Translations under genes and position numbers: made by a program
Source of the DNA: Acanthaster planci
Lineage: Eukaryota
DNA length: 64,000 nucleotides
Assembly: GCF_001949145.1 (NCBI RefSeq)
Contig: NW_019091360.1
Coordinates: 1-64,000, forward strand
Reading direction: 5' to 3'
Notes under the pieces: model-generated
Database searches by the model: none
What the model was told of the DNA's origin: nothing
The model's input: only the letters and a program-made list of their open reading frames with translations
Shown: positions 38,060 to 50,016 of the stretch, one piece after another
Layout: each line of letters opens with the position of its first letter
Position numbering within the stretch: position 1 is the stretch's first letter

Positions 38060-38818
38060 NNNNNNNNNNNNNNNNNNNNNNNNNNNNNNNNNNNNNNNNN
38101 NNNNNNNNNNNNNNNNNNNNNNNNNNNNNNNNNNNNNNNNNNNNNNNNNNNNNNNNNNNNNNNNNNNNNNNNNNNNNNNNNNNNNNNNNNNNNNNNNNNN
38201 NNNNNNNNNNNNNNNNNNNNNNNNNNNNNNNNNNNNNNNNNNNNNNNNNNNNNNNNNNNNNNNNNNNNNNNNNNNNNNNNNNNNNNNNNNNNNNNNNNNN
38301 NNNNNNNNNNNNNNNNNNNNNNNNNNNNNNNNNNNNNNNNNNNNNNNNNNNNNNNNNNNNNNNNNNNNNNNNNNNNNNNNNNNNNNNNNNNNNNNNNNNN
38401 NNNNNNNNNNNNNNNNNNNNNNNNNNNNNNNNNNNNNNNNNNNNNNNNNNNNNNNNNNNNNNNNNNNNNNNNNNNNNNNNNNNNNNNNNNNNNNNNNNNN
38501 NNNNNNNNNNNNNNNNNNNNNNNNNNNNNNNNNNNNNNNNNNNNNNNNNNNNNNNNNNNNNNNNNNNNNNNNNNNNNNNNNNNNNNNNNNNNNNNNNNNN
38601 NNNNNNNNNNNNNNNNNNNNNNNNNNNNNNNNNNNNNNNNNNNNNNNNNNNNNNNNNNNNNNNNNNNNNNNNNNNNNNNNNNNNNNNNNNNNNNNNNNNN
38701 NNNNNNNNNNNNNNNNNNNNNNNNNNNNNNNNNNNNNNNNNNNNNNNNNNNNNNNNNNNNNNNNNNNNNNNNNNNNNNNNNNNNNNNNNNNNNNNNNNNN
38801 NNNNNNNNNNNNNNNNNN

Positions 38819-39211
38819 TGTTGGATGCAAGGCATGTGGCCACTGCAATGGCGCTCCTTGACTTTATCCATTACTTTTCTCGAACTTTTCCTGATCACCC
38901 TCGCGTTGCGCTTATGGGGCCCGGCCTTGCAAAACCGGCGTGTCATATTTTGGTGTGATAATGGGGCTGTGGTGGCGATTATTAATAGCCAAACATCACG
39001 GTGTCCCAGAATTATGAAATTGGTTCGCATGTTTGTAGTGCTTTGTTTGAGGTTGAATATCCACTTTAAGGCACGCCATGTACCTGGTCTTGATAATGGC
39101 ATCGCTGACGCTCTATCTCGTTTTCAGATGGATCGTTTCCGGCGGCTGGTGCCCGAGGCCGCCCCCGTTATGACACCCTTGCCTGCAGACCTGTGGAACA
39201 ACTTAATTTAG
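38819..39211 (+). pseudogene. Ngaro pol RNase H domain (RT presumably in the N gap)
   Basis: ITFLELFLITLALRLWG...VIFWCDNGAVVAIIN...HVPGLDNGIADALSRFQ. Confidence 0.9.
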
Positions 39212-40134
39212 AGGTTCACAGTCTTTTGATGGAATCAGTTGCCCCGCGTACCCATACAGTTTACCAATGTGCTTGGCAATTTTTCTGTTGGTTTATTTCC
39301 CGCCATGGTTTTCTTAATACATCTTCTAGTCCCACGTTGCAGCAACTTGTGCATTTTATTGCATTTTTGTCTGTTAATGGGTATACTCCGGCTACTGTTG
39401 CATCGTATGCCTCAGGGATTGCGTCTACACTCCGCTTGCAGGGTTCCCATGACATAACTAAACATTTCATTGTGAAACGAATGTTAGATGGTTGCCGCCG
39501 CCGGTACGGGCGGCGCGATCAACGCCGCCCTATTACGATTGTTTTACTGCAGCGTGTTATTCCTGCTTTACACTCCGTTTGTACCAATCAGTATGAAGCC
39601 CTACTGTTTCAAGTGGCTTTCCTGTTAGCGTTTTTTGGATTTCTGCGCGTCGGCGAACTCACCGCGTCCACTCGATCTGGTATTTCACTTTTACGTCGTT
39701 CTGATGTTACCCTTCATCATACCCTTCATCTCTTCTGGCATTGTGGTTAATCTAAACATTCGTTTCTCCAAGACCGACCAGTACGGTCAGGGTTGTGTAA
39801 TTTCAATACCTGCTGTTTCTGAGGGCAACTCTCCCTGTGCCCTGTTCAGGCCATTACACAGTTCCTCAGCAGGTGTCCTCAGCATTTCAGCAATTTCCTG
39901 TCCCATTTTGATGGTTCTCCAATTACACGTTCTCAATTCACCGCTGTTTTAAGGCGGGCCCTTGGCTTCATTGGCATTCATGATACCTGTTACACTTCTC
40001 ATTCCTTCCGGATTGGTGCGGCCACAGCAGCCGCAATGGCGGAAATTCCTGACGATGAGATCCAACAGATGGGTCGTAGGCAGTCAGGCGTTTACCGCCG
40101 CTATATTCGTATTAGCAGGGACCTTTCTTCCATG
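39193..40134 (+). pseudogene. Ngaro tyrosine recombinase, frameshifted
   Basis: AFFGFLRVGELT, SKTDQYGQG, YTSHSFRIGAAT, MGRRQSGVYRRYIR across three frames. Confidence 0.93.
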
Positions 40135-40500
40135 ANNNNNNNNNNNNNNNNNNNNNNNNNNNNNNNNNNNNNNNNNNNNNNNNNNNNNNNNNNNNNNNNN
40201 NNNNNNNNNNNNNNNNNNNNNNNNNNNNNNNNNNNNNNNNNNNNNNNNNNNNNNNNNNNNNNNNNNNNNNNNNNNNNNNNNNNNNNNNNNNNNNNNNNNN
40301 NNNNNNNNNNNNNNNNNNNNNNNNNNNNNNNNNNNNNNNNNNNNNNNNNNNNNNNNNNNNNNNNNNNNNNNNNNNNNNNNNNNNNNNNNNNNNNNNNNNN
40401 NNNNNNNNNNNNNNNNNNNNNNNNNNNNNNNNNNNNNNNNNNNNNNNNNNNNNNNNNNNNNNNNNNNNNNNNNNNNNNNNNNNNNNNNNNNNNNNNNNNN

Positions 40501-40966
40501 CGCTGGATGGGTAGGTGGGGCATGCAGCTGGACCAATTCAACGACTTCCTTCACAGCTGCTGGCTGGCGGAGCAAGCATCGCCAACATGGATCACCATAC
40601 ACGTTGGCTCCAACGATCTGGGCTACGTCCCCAAGAAATCAATGCTCGAGGGGATTAAACAAATTCTTGCCATCACCCGAGCATCATTACCTCACTCAAT
40701 CATTTACTGGTCGGAGATTTTGCCAAGGGTCTCCTATGCCTCGGCTAACCGACAAAATTCGGTCGAGTGCACCTGGCGAGCTCTTAACCGTTCGGTGGGC
40801 AATCTTTTCCACAGGGCGCCAGGCTGGGTTGATTGCTCACCCCCAAATTGAGTGGTGGCGGCAGGATTTATATTTATCAGATGGGGTGCACCTTGTGGAT
40901 GCCGCTTCGGAATTCCTTATTTATAACTTCCATACCGCGTTACTCCAGTCTTGCGGAGTAGCTTGA
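40501..40966 (+). pseudogene. SGNH/GDSL hydrolase domain of the Ngaro element
   Basis: IHVGSNDLG, IYWSEILPR, and YLSDGVHL after a frameshift. Confidence 0.85.
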
Positions 40967-41275
40967 TTTCCTGTTACACTGCCAGCGCAAACACCACCTC
41001 CCCCTACACACGCGAGGTCACTTACCTATCATCATGCGGCCCATTTGGCGGCGGTCATAAATGACCGTGTGGGGGAATTTCATTCTTATCACCGTCATGG
41101 GCCTTAGGATTATGAATCAATATAGCTATATAAAACCTATGCAATCAACGAATTCTTACATACATGGAATCAAAAGGAAGTCTGTAAAAGGTTTATGGCT
41201 CACTTTGCAGTTATAACCCAGATGGAATGGGTAGTCTATATTCGGGTACGTACGGGTGGGACGTGAATAATTTCT

Positions 41276-41768
41276 ATTCCGCGGATTACGCTTCGACCGG
41301 GAATGATTTGCTAGTATTTACTGCTAAACCCGATGTTAGGTTTGGACCGCTTTAATAAACGATGTTACATCTCGCGGCTTACGCTTCAACCGGGGACTAT
41401 TTGCTGCATTGATTTACAATCTATTCTGTTGTCTCGCGGCTTACGCTTCGACCGGAGACTGAACATGCTTTAAGTGGCTTATACTGTTTTCCCGCGGATT
41501 ACGCTTCGACCGGGGACTTGCCATGCTTAATTGTCTTATACTGTTGTCTCGCGGCTCACGCTTCGACCGGGGACTTGTCTTGCGGCTTACGCTTCGACCG
41601 GAGACCGGCTATGTTTAAATGTCTTATACTGTTGTCTCGCGGCTTACGCTTCGACCGGGGACTTGATAAGTGCAGCCAGTTACAGTCCGCGGATTACGCT
41701 TCGACCGGGACTTGCTTTGTTTAGCTTATTTACAATGTTGTCTCGCAGTTTACGCTTCGACCGGGGAT
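41276..41768 (+). repeat. Array of nine conserved bulged hairpins with variable spacers
   Basis: Core GCGG(A/C)TTACGCTTCGACCG, units starting near 41277, 41370, 41431, 41490, 41546, 41577, 41634, 41684 and 41740. Each is enclosed by a self-complementary 4-5-bp outer stem. Confidence 0.92.
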
Positions 41769-42435
41769 ATGCTAAACTATCACTTACATAAAATGCTATT
41801 GGTTATCGATCTGGAATTAAAACTGCTCTGGCCGTACGATAACAACAGAATTAAACTTGCGCTGGTGTAAGATTTCATTCATTTTGTGTCTGACTTATGC
41901 GGCAATAAATAAATTGTTAAAACAGAAAAAAAATGAAAAATATCCTTCCCAGCAGAATCAACATTTATAAATACCCCCATTAAGAAGTGGTTAACATCGC
42001 TGAAGTACAGAGGAGATACATGTAGAAAAGCTGATCCAGCTAAATATGTGTGTGCTACACCATACCACAAGAAACAAAGACATGCTTCAGTGGTTCCTGG
42101 GGGGCTTTATACCCTTAGGGCTGGGCTTAATTTGCATTTTTATGAATCAAGGAATCTACCATTTCTTAAAAGGATAGTGCAAACTGTATTACTAGGGACA
42201 AATAATACACAGTGAGTCTTGACGACAAGGACAAATATAACAGTGGACTTCCGCTGTTCAGATTTTCATGAGATTTTTACAGCTATCACTACCTGTAAGA
42301 AGCTTACTGCAGACAGAACTTTGATTTAACATGGATCACTTTATAGAGTGTAAAAAAGGCTGAAGGAGAGGAATAGTCCAACATCACAGATATCGGGTTC
42401 AGCCTGGTTTTGGGATGGTGGATCACATATATTAC

Positions 42436-42558
42436 CTGATAACGTTGGCGGTGACGCCGCAAACTAGCTCTTGTTCCTCTGCAGTAGCTGTTACTGAAGT
42501 TGCTTGGCCTTTTTTCTTTACCTCTTGACTGCCAAGATTAAATCTTTCACCCATTGTC
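42436..42558 (-). CDS. CFAP65: CFAP65-like internal exon
   Basis: cttatcag acceptor, AG|GTAATA donor, phase 2/2, 123 nt. TMGERFNLGSQEVKKKGQATSVTATAEEQELVCGVTANVI(R) splices in frame to both neighbours. Confidence 0.85.
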
Positions 42559-43254
42559 CTGATAAGATGACACAAGAATACAAAAATGATACTCAATTCC
42601 TATCTACATGGTATATGTGTCCATGTAGCAATTGTATGCCTAGAAACTCATGAAAACTTTTTGATACAGCATTAGTACCTGAATTAGATTCCTTAATGCT
42701 TTGTTAAATGATGGAAACCAAAGGCAGGTTGGTTACAGCTCCAGATATACCAACCTTTCAAAATGATAAAGTGTAATCTTGTCTCAAATACTGAATTACC
42801 TATTACACATTTCAACAGAAACACATTCAAACCCTTTGAGCTAAAATTGATTGAAATAAAGCTGCCCGTAAAAGTCAGTGTGTTTTCATTTGAATGTGCT
42901 TCTTAATGTCGTAAGATCCAGCATGGGTACACAGTGCATCGGTGGGTAATGCTATGGGGTTGATTTCATCTTTTAACTGAGGAAAACACCTGCCTGTCAA
43001 GATTTTTTGAGATGTGACAACGAATCTAACAACTACATGTAAATCTCATTGTTGGTACATCTTAGGCATTTCAATATTTTCTTTTTTTTTGTAATTTTTG
43101 CCATGTGCTTACTTCACATCACTTTAGTTATTTGCATTTTAAATTTCCAAATTGTTTTCACTTTGTCATTGACTGGATGAAAAAAAGAGTATTTGTCCCA
43201 TACAGATGATTATTTCCCCTAAATTACATTTTTGAAAAAAATAACAAATGTCAA

Positions 43255-43837
43255 CCACTTCCTGCCGGGGAGCCCGGTTTCGGACACCGTGTGTTTATAC
43301 ACAGAGCCGGGGTGCCTGGTTTTGGACAAAAGAGCTGCTCTGTGTAACAAAAGACTGTACTCTGAACAAAGGACCTGCTGCTGGGAATTGTGATCATTTT
43401 TTGCCTTCCATTTTTCAAAGGTAATCCAGCACTGTTTTGAAACAGTATACCACCTGTTTTGGGCATAGTGCGCCCGCGGATTAGCACCATGGACAAAAGT
43501 GCTCCAAGGCCCCACTGATGAGTGACACAGCATTGCTGCTCACTAATCCAGCTGTGTACGAAAAGACGCTACTGGCATTCACTGGAACAAATGAAATTAT
43601 GCAACACCACACAATTTTGGGCTCTCTTTTACAGGGCCGCAGGCCTGGGCTGAATACTTGGGTGTCAATTAAGGTTGCCCAACAGACTAGAGTAGCCAGC
43701 CACCAGAGAGTCGTTTGTCTGGGTGTAAATGTCCAGTAAATGAACACATGAATTTTTAAAGAAGTTTTAAAACGGAAAATCTTGAAAAGGTCTCGCCATT
43801 ACATCCCCTCAAAAGATATTAACCCGGCAGGTAGTGG
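43255..43837 (+). mobile_element. piggyBac-like MITE family, copy 3
   Basis: TCAA|CCACTTCCTGCCGGG...CCCGGCAGGTAGTGG|TTGA. Confidence 0.85.
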
Positions 43838-46800
43838 TTGATTCTAATCAGCTCTTTTGGGTATCGGCCAAAACATCTATTGTTTCTCGTAAGATTTTTT
43901 TTGCCTTTTTTCCCCTTTTCGTTTTTCCACTTTTTTCCCCTTTCCCCGAAGACATAACAATGGGTAAATTCTACACAGGTCTTTTACCCTCCCTTTGTGG
44001 TGGAGTCCTTCAAAGCTGGCACATAGACTATCATCTCAAGAAATATGCCAAATCGTGACATTAATCATGTGATTCATAATATAATTTTGAATATTAAATT
44101 TTCCCCATATGTTTTTTACATGTTTTTGACAACCCTTTTTGGCCGCTTGGCAATCTTGTGACTTAATCAAAGTTACACAAAGCAAAGCCTGGGACACCAA
44201 CAAAAATACCTGAAGAATAACATCATGATAACGTCATCAGTAGTAAAACAACAATTCATTATATCGCATCTATGGTCAAATGAATTATGCATGGCTTTCT
44301 GTGGCACGAGTTCTTGCCTACTGCTAGTATGGGAAATTTCCCTGTCGGGTTTTGCTACATTATACATTGCCCAGGAAGGCATCCTGCCAACATATTCCTG
44401 GGACTTTGTGTGATTGGACGTTGCTAGGTCCATTTATTCCTGTTGCTGGGTAGTGGACCAATAGGAGCAGGCCAAATTAGGCATCTTGGGGAGAAGGCGT
44501 GAGCGACAGGATCAAGCAACACTTTTGTTGCAGCTATCAAACGAGCACCTTCATTCACCCACCTCCTCCCCTACTCCCCCTAGATCTTTAGGGCACATTT
44601 TGGGGGATGTAGGACTTACCACTACCATAAGTTTCCTTATTAGGACAATTTGTAAGTCCTTGTTGGAGGAGTCAAACAACAAGCGCTTACATGTGTTCTT
44701 GTTAAATCTTCAAAAATCCATCTAAAATCAACCTCAACTTCCTGCAGCTTGCTTGTTGCACCAAGTAATCTCCGATCTTTATTTGTTCTTGTGTGCATAA
44801 AATCGCGTGACCCTTTCTTCCAGTCAAAACTGTATGGCGTTTTATAGTCGCCAAAATTGCACCGCATCGTCCCATTGCTCCGACACCACGATGCTACGCT
44901 ACAAAAGCTCCGTTGCATTGTCCCTCATGTTGTGGCGTCGCATGGTCTTGTTTCTTGATGTTGTGTTGTTGGCGTTGCCTGTCATTGAACATCGCGTCGT
45001 GTACGTCATCACACCGTGCTGTCGTGCCTGACTGTTTCTAAAAATGGCTGGTGATTACTGAGGCCAATAGAGGGCGTATGTCATAAGTCCTGGAAAAATG
45101 TGTGTGCACAGGGTTACACTCGTTGATCTCCATTATAAAGACTGGATAGGACATCGTGTCCAAAACACGTCCTGCATCTGCATATTTTCAGGAGGGGTAA
45201 ATAACAAGCGTTGTGAATTTTGTGGCGTGCACTTTCACACGGAGATTTCAAAACTGCTGGTTGGGTTATTGTACTTCTATTGTCAGATTTCGAAGAAAAA
45301 CTGAATTCTGCCCCCAGAATGGCTAAATTTGCAAAGAATAATGGTTGAGGTGTGCACAGCAGAGAATATCCAGAGATCAACGGTAAAACCAAGTTTGGAA
45401 GAAGGAGCAGCTTTTGACATGTGAGTCACACATTCAGAAGGTTTCTGCACTCCTTGTGCTATATTGCTTGGGACCGTCTGAAATATTATTTATCGGCAAA
45501 AGTGGTTTTCAAAACTGAATGATTAATTTGTAGTTTATTTTCCCCAGATTTCATTGGAAAAATCTCAAAAACAGCCATGATTTGTGTATGCAAGATCTGC
45601 AGAAGCACTGAACCCAAATCGCGTGACAGACGTTGTGATATGAGCGATAGAATATCCATCTTCAGGGCAGAGATGAGACTAGAGCAAGAGACAGAGAGCT
45701 GACATTTTTGTCGAGTGAAGTAACAAACAAGGAAATTCAATCAACGCAATGAAAAAACTTCATCTAAATTATAAAATTACTTGTTCTCAATTAACACTGA
45801 TCTTTTTCTTTTCAAAAAGTCGTTGTTGAATGTAAGTCTTAAGTAAAGTTGGGAACTCAATTTTTGTAAAATCTGATTTATAAGCGTCAGTGGTGAAAGT
45901 GGCACAGACTGAATTAGTTTGGCTTGCACTCAAAGTTCTGCTCATTTTGGGGTCACAGAAAAGAATCTCACACTTGTAATTTTTCAATAAATTTAGTTAG
46001 TATATGAGTGAATTTCAGAACAGTGTTTTCTGTGAGTCTTTAAAATTAAACTTAAGGCTTTTTTCATTTAATTGACAAAGTTTTTCAGTGTGGACTCATT
46101 GAAACCAGACGGAAGAACACATGGACAGTTTGGGCATTATAATGTAACACTTATTGTGGGTCTTGGTGGAACTTTAATGTTTACACACTCAACAAATCAC
46201 GATTGAACCAACCCAAAGTGACAACATTGCCCGAACAAGACCGTAGACAAGAGGTGTGAAAAATGAAAACAAACAAACAAACAAACACCCCCCCAACACC
46301 CCAACAAACAAACAAACAAACAAANNNNNNNNNNNNNNNNNNNNNNNNNNNNNNNNNNNNNNNNNNNNNNNNNNNNNNNNNNNNNNNNNNNNNNNNNNNN
46401 NNNNNNNNNNNNNNNNNNNNNNNNNNNNNNNNNNNNNNNNNNNNNNNNNNNNNNNNNNNNNNNNNNNNNNNNNNNNNNNNNNNNNNNNNNNNNNNNNNNN
46501 NNNNNNNNNNNNNNNNNNNNNNNNNNNNNNNNNNNNNNNNNNNNNNNNNNNNNNNNNNNNNNNNNNNNNNNNNNNNNNNNNNNNNNNNNNNNNNNNNNNN
46601 NNNNNNNNNNNNNNNNNNNNNNNNNNNNNNNNNNNNNNNNNNNNNNNNNNNNNNNNNNNNNNNNNNNNNNNNNNNNNNNNNNNNNNNNNNNNNNNNNNNN
46701 NNNNNNNNNNNNNNNNNNNNNNNNNNNNNNNNNNNNNNNNNNNNNNNNNNNNNNNNNNNNNNNNNNNNNNNNNNCCACTCGCCTCTATCCAAAATAGGCC

Positions 46801-48239
46801 AGCAATTTGGGTCTTTTTGTGAAAGAAATACCCCAAAGTATTATACTTTGGGGCATAAATGATCTACTGTATAAACGATTAGTTCCAAATTCGCGATTTA
46901 TAGAAATGTTTCCGTGATCCCTCCTGATTATGGCATGTCTTATTGTAAAAGCCCCTTGGGATCACAAAATATTAATGAGCTCTCGCCCAGGAATCCAACA
47001 ATTTGGTGGAATGCACCCATTTGATCATGAAAAATGAAAATTGAACTTAACTCTGTCTCTAAGGGCACCCCCTATTTCTACCAGTAATGAGGCGACGGCG
47101 CAAGCACAATGCGACGGCACAATACAAAGGCACAACGCGACGCCACAATGTTACGTCACAACAGCACGATGTAATGCATTATACACAGCACAAAAGTAAT
47201 GAGAAAAGGGTTAAAACCATAGCGCGATGGGACGATGCCACAGAGCTGTCATAGCGTCGCATCGTGGCATCACGTCGTAGTGTCGGGGCAACGGGACGAT
47301 GCGACGCAGATTTGCTGGATACAGAACACCATAAAACTGGTCCAAACCCAAAGTGCTTTATAAGTTAAAATTGGTAATAGACATGAACCTACTTTCAGGG
47401 TCATAGTCTCCGACACAATTGTATTCCTCAAAACATGAACCGGTAATGTCATGCAGCACCCGAGCGCCCACTGGCAACAGGTTGAAAAATTTAAAAATCT
47501 ATTTTGAATAGACGTCTATGGCAAAATTGTTGGAATCGCTTGAAACTGGTAGATAAAATTACCTTTATGCCTTTATTTGCAACCTTTATTTGCAAAAGTT
47601 CTGTCGGTAATGAAAATAAACTTTAATTCATTAAAACTTGGAAAGAAATCAAGCCCAACAGCTATGGACTGAAATTATCCATAGGGGTAAGAGCTGTAGC
47701 ACTAAGAGCCATATCCTTTGTAATGTAAAGCATATGATGGAGTTACACTGTTTCGGGGCCTCTGGCAAATGTGCCAACCACATGGCAGGGAAAGCGTGTG
47801 AGCATGTTTTGTCATGATCCTGTGGATTTATCACAGTAAACTGAATCAGCCTGGAGTGCAATTGCTGTAGCAAGGAGGGTAGCGGTCCCAAAGCCCAAAT
47901 TTGATTCCAGCCCATTGTATATTCTTAAGTGTATGTCGGATCTCACCATGCATGTACTGTGTGTTAAATTTTGAACTGCTGACTTAACCACAGCTGTTTG
48001 ATTCCGGCCTTTTTTTTATCCAACCGAAAGAGTTCCTGAAACAGCTCAGTGTTTGTCCAGTGACAAACACAACATTTGTCTCATTTCTTATTATACTGGT
48101 TTTGAGTTATAACATCATGCATCATAAGCAAATACATTTCTGCACAGCTCATTGATAATTTTATTGCTAAACATGTGAATATTTTTCACATGTAAATTAC
48201 ATTATTATAATGTGTAGTATTATACATTCATAGGCCTAC

Positions 48240-48529
48240 CTGTCAATGAAGAAATTTTGCACTTCATTTGGAAAGTTGCTCTGAAACTCAGCAATAGTAT
48301 GTGTTCGTCCGGAGACCCCTAGATGGAGTAAAAATTTGCCCGGTGCTTCTGGTTTATCCCAGATTGGTGTTCCTGAGTCTGTCTGACTTTGTGCCCTCTC
48401 AGCCTCATCCAATTCTCTGCTAGATTTGACATACTTGATTGGTGGTAGGGTCTGGTAATGCTGAAAGTCTGGATTATCATTGCAGTTGGAGTTCAGAGTA
48501 CAACACAGCTTGCTGTTCGTCTTGGTCTG
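48240..48529 (-). CDS. CFAP65: CFAP65-like internal exon
   Basis: aatag|CAG tandem acceptor, AG|GTAGGC donor. QTKTNSKLCCTL...HYQTLPPIKY...WDKPEAPGKFLLHLGVSGRTHTIAEFQSNFPNEVQNFFID(R), compare recalled CFAP65 YKTLPPIK...LCLGLTARAH...NF. Confidence 0.87.
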
Positions 48530-49324
48530 CTATTGACAGAAGTTGGTAAGAAAATGCACAGCTGTGTTAGACAAAAACCAACTAACAAATTCACAGCATT
48601 TGTCTCTGATCCCATTTGTTTTTGCTGAAATTTGTCATTTCAGTTTGAGGTGACACTGAAATTGACAAATTGTATCACTTAATGACAACATTATTTACTA
48701 ACAGGGAAGGTCAGGTTGAAGTGCACAAGCATTTACAATTTAGTAAGTGCCTTCTTGGGTAATACAAGGTTTGTGAATACAGGGCATTATGTACGTATAC
48801 TGGCAAACTGAGTGATACTACACACTCACCGATAGTTTTCCTGTCTATAAAAACATATGTAGTGCTTTCTTATGGGGAGTTATTCTAGGCAGGTTTGCTA
48901 TAGACAGTTTTGTGACAAAAGAAGGATCAATTTCGGACAGTTAAGCCAATCAGATGTCTAGTTCTTTGACCAATGGATGATCAAATTTTAAGAAGGCTTC
49001 AGGCAATGTATGAGACTGTAGGACTGTAGGTAGCATTGTTGGGCTTGGACCAATGGAGCCAGGGTTTCTTTAGCAGTTTTGAGCTTTTAGGTGGGAAGAA
49101 ATCCATGCACTCACTTTTGTCCCAGCCTTCAACAGGATAGTAACTCATTTTAAGTGGTGCAAATAAAATGAAATATTTTCCCCACAATGCAATCATCCCA
49201 GCTCCCACCATTATCAGTATGGACATTATTCATGCAGAATAAACCAGCTCAGTAATAATGGCTAAACTTTACTCTGGCCAGCAAATTAACAAGTAGTTTT
49301 ATACAACGCACATTTGTAGATTAA

Positions 49325-50016
49325 CCACTTGCTGCCAGGAAGCCCAGTTTCGGATATGTTTTCTTTATACGTACTATTGGGGTGCCCAAAATCAGACAAA
49401 GGGAACAAAAGACCGTGCTTGGAACAAAAGACCAGGCTGCTGGGAATTGCCAACCCTTTTTCAGTTGTCAATAGCGGAGGTAATCCACCATCGTTGTTGA
49501 ATTCAATGCAAGTGGATTACAACCAGGGACAAAAGTGCTCCACTGCTGCAGCGATGACCCATACAATACCGCTGCAAGCTAATCTGGCTGCATTAGAAAA
49601 GATGCCAGCAGAGCACTGGGCCAGTTTCGGGAACAAAGGAAAATTATGCAACAACGCACAATATGGGCTCACTTTACAAGGCGGCAGGCCTGGCTGAAAA
49701 ACTTGAGCGTCAATAGATGATGTCTGTCAGATTCATATGCAGCAAGGTATGAGACGGAGAGAACCCCCCCTGCTTTGTGTTGGTCATTGTCTCGCAGGAA
49801 TCTGGGGAATTCCTTTCAGACATCTTGGAGGGCTGTGTTAAGTAACAATAGTCTGGAATGTGTATAGGGATTGGACATGTTAGGGGGGTACCCCTCGGTC
49901 TCATTTCTTGCTGGGTATAGTCAGATTAGAGTAGCCACCACATTTTGAAAAAGAACAAAGGAAAATCACCCAGCCCAGCAGAATAAACATGGATAAATGG
50001 GCCCGGCGCGAAGTGG
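49325..50016 (+). mobile_element. piggyBac-like MITE family, copy 4, containing a nested insertion
   Basis: TTAA|CCACTT...AAGTGG|TTAA. Confidence 0.85.
49734..49919. mobile_element. Small MITE with 8-bp TSD (hAT/P-like)
   Basis: GTCAGATT duplicated at 49726-49733 and 49920-49927; imperfect TIRs catatgcagcaag / cttgctgggtata. Confidence 0.75.

Larger units (their letters stand above)
36646..41910 (+). mobile_element. Ngaro-type tyrosine-recombinase retrotransposon with SGNH hydrolase (partly in N gaps)
   Basis: Order gag, RNase H, YR, SGNH, with no MT domain between RNase H and YR. Boundaries are set by interruption of a MITE 3' end (36612-36645, resuming at ~41911-41990). Confidence 0.9.
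36294..42431. mobile_element. Non-autonomous TIR element (~34-bp TIRs, TA-flanked) hosting nested insertions
   Basis: tatatgtgacccaccattccaaaaccagactgaa (36294-36327) versus ttcagcctggttttgggatggtggatcacatata (42398-42431). Confidence 0.7.

Noticed and set aside
41276..41768. CRISPR array call for the repeat-spacer region
   Set aside because: Eukaryotic context, no cas genes, irregular spacer lengths and mutually related spacers. Reported instead as a hairpin array.
36647..46862. Long ORFs made mostly of X
   Set aside because: They are open only because of N gaps.
44850..47312. Inverted pair of CG-rich 'cgacgatg/catcgt' blocks (~44850-45030 and ~47090-47312)
   Set aside because: Similarity is visible but ends and TSD could not be defined; probably two copies of a common degenerate repeat.
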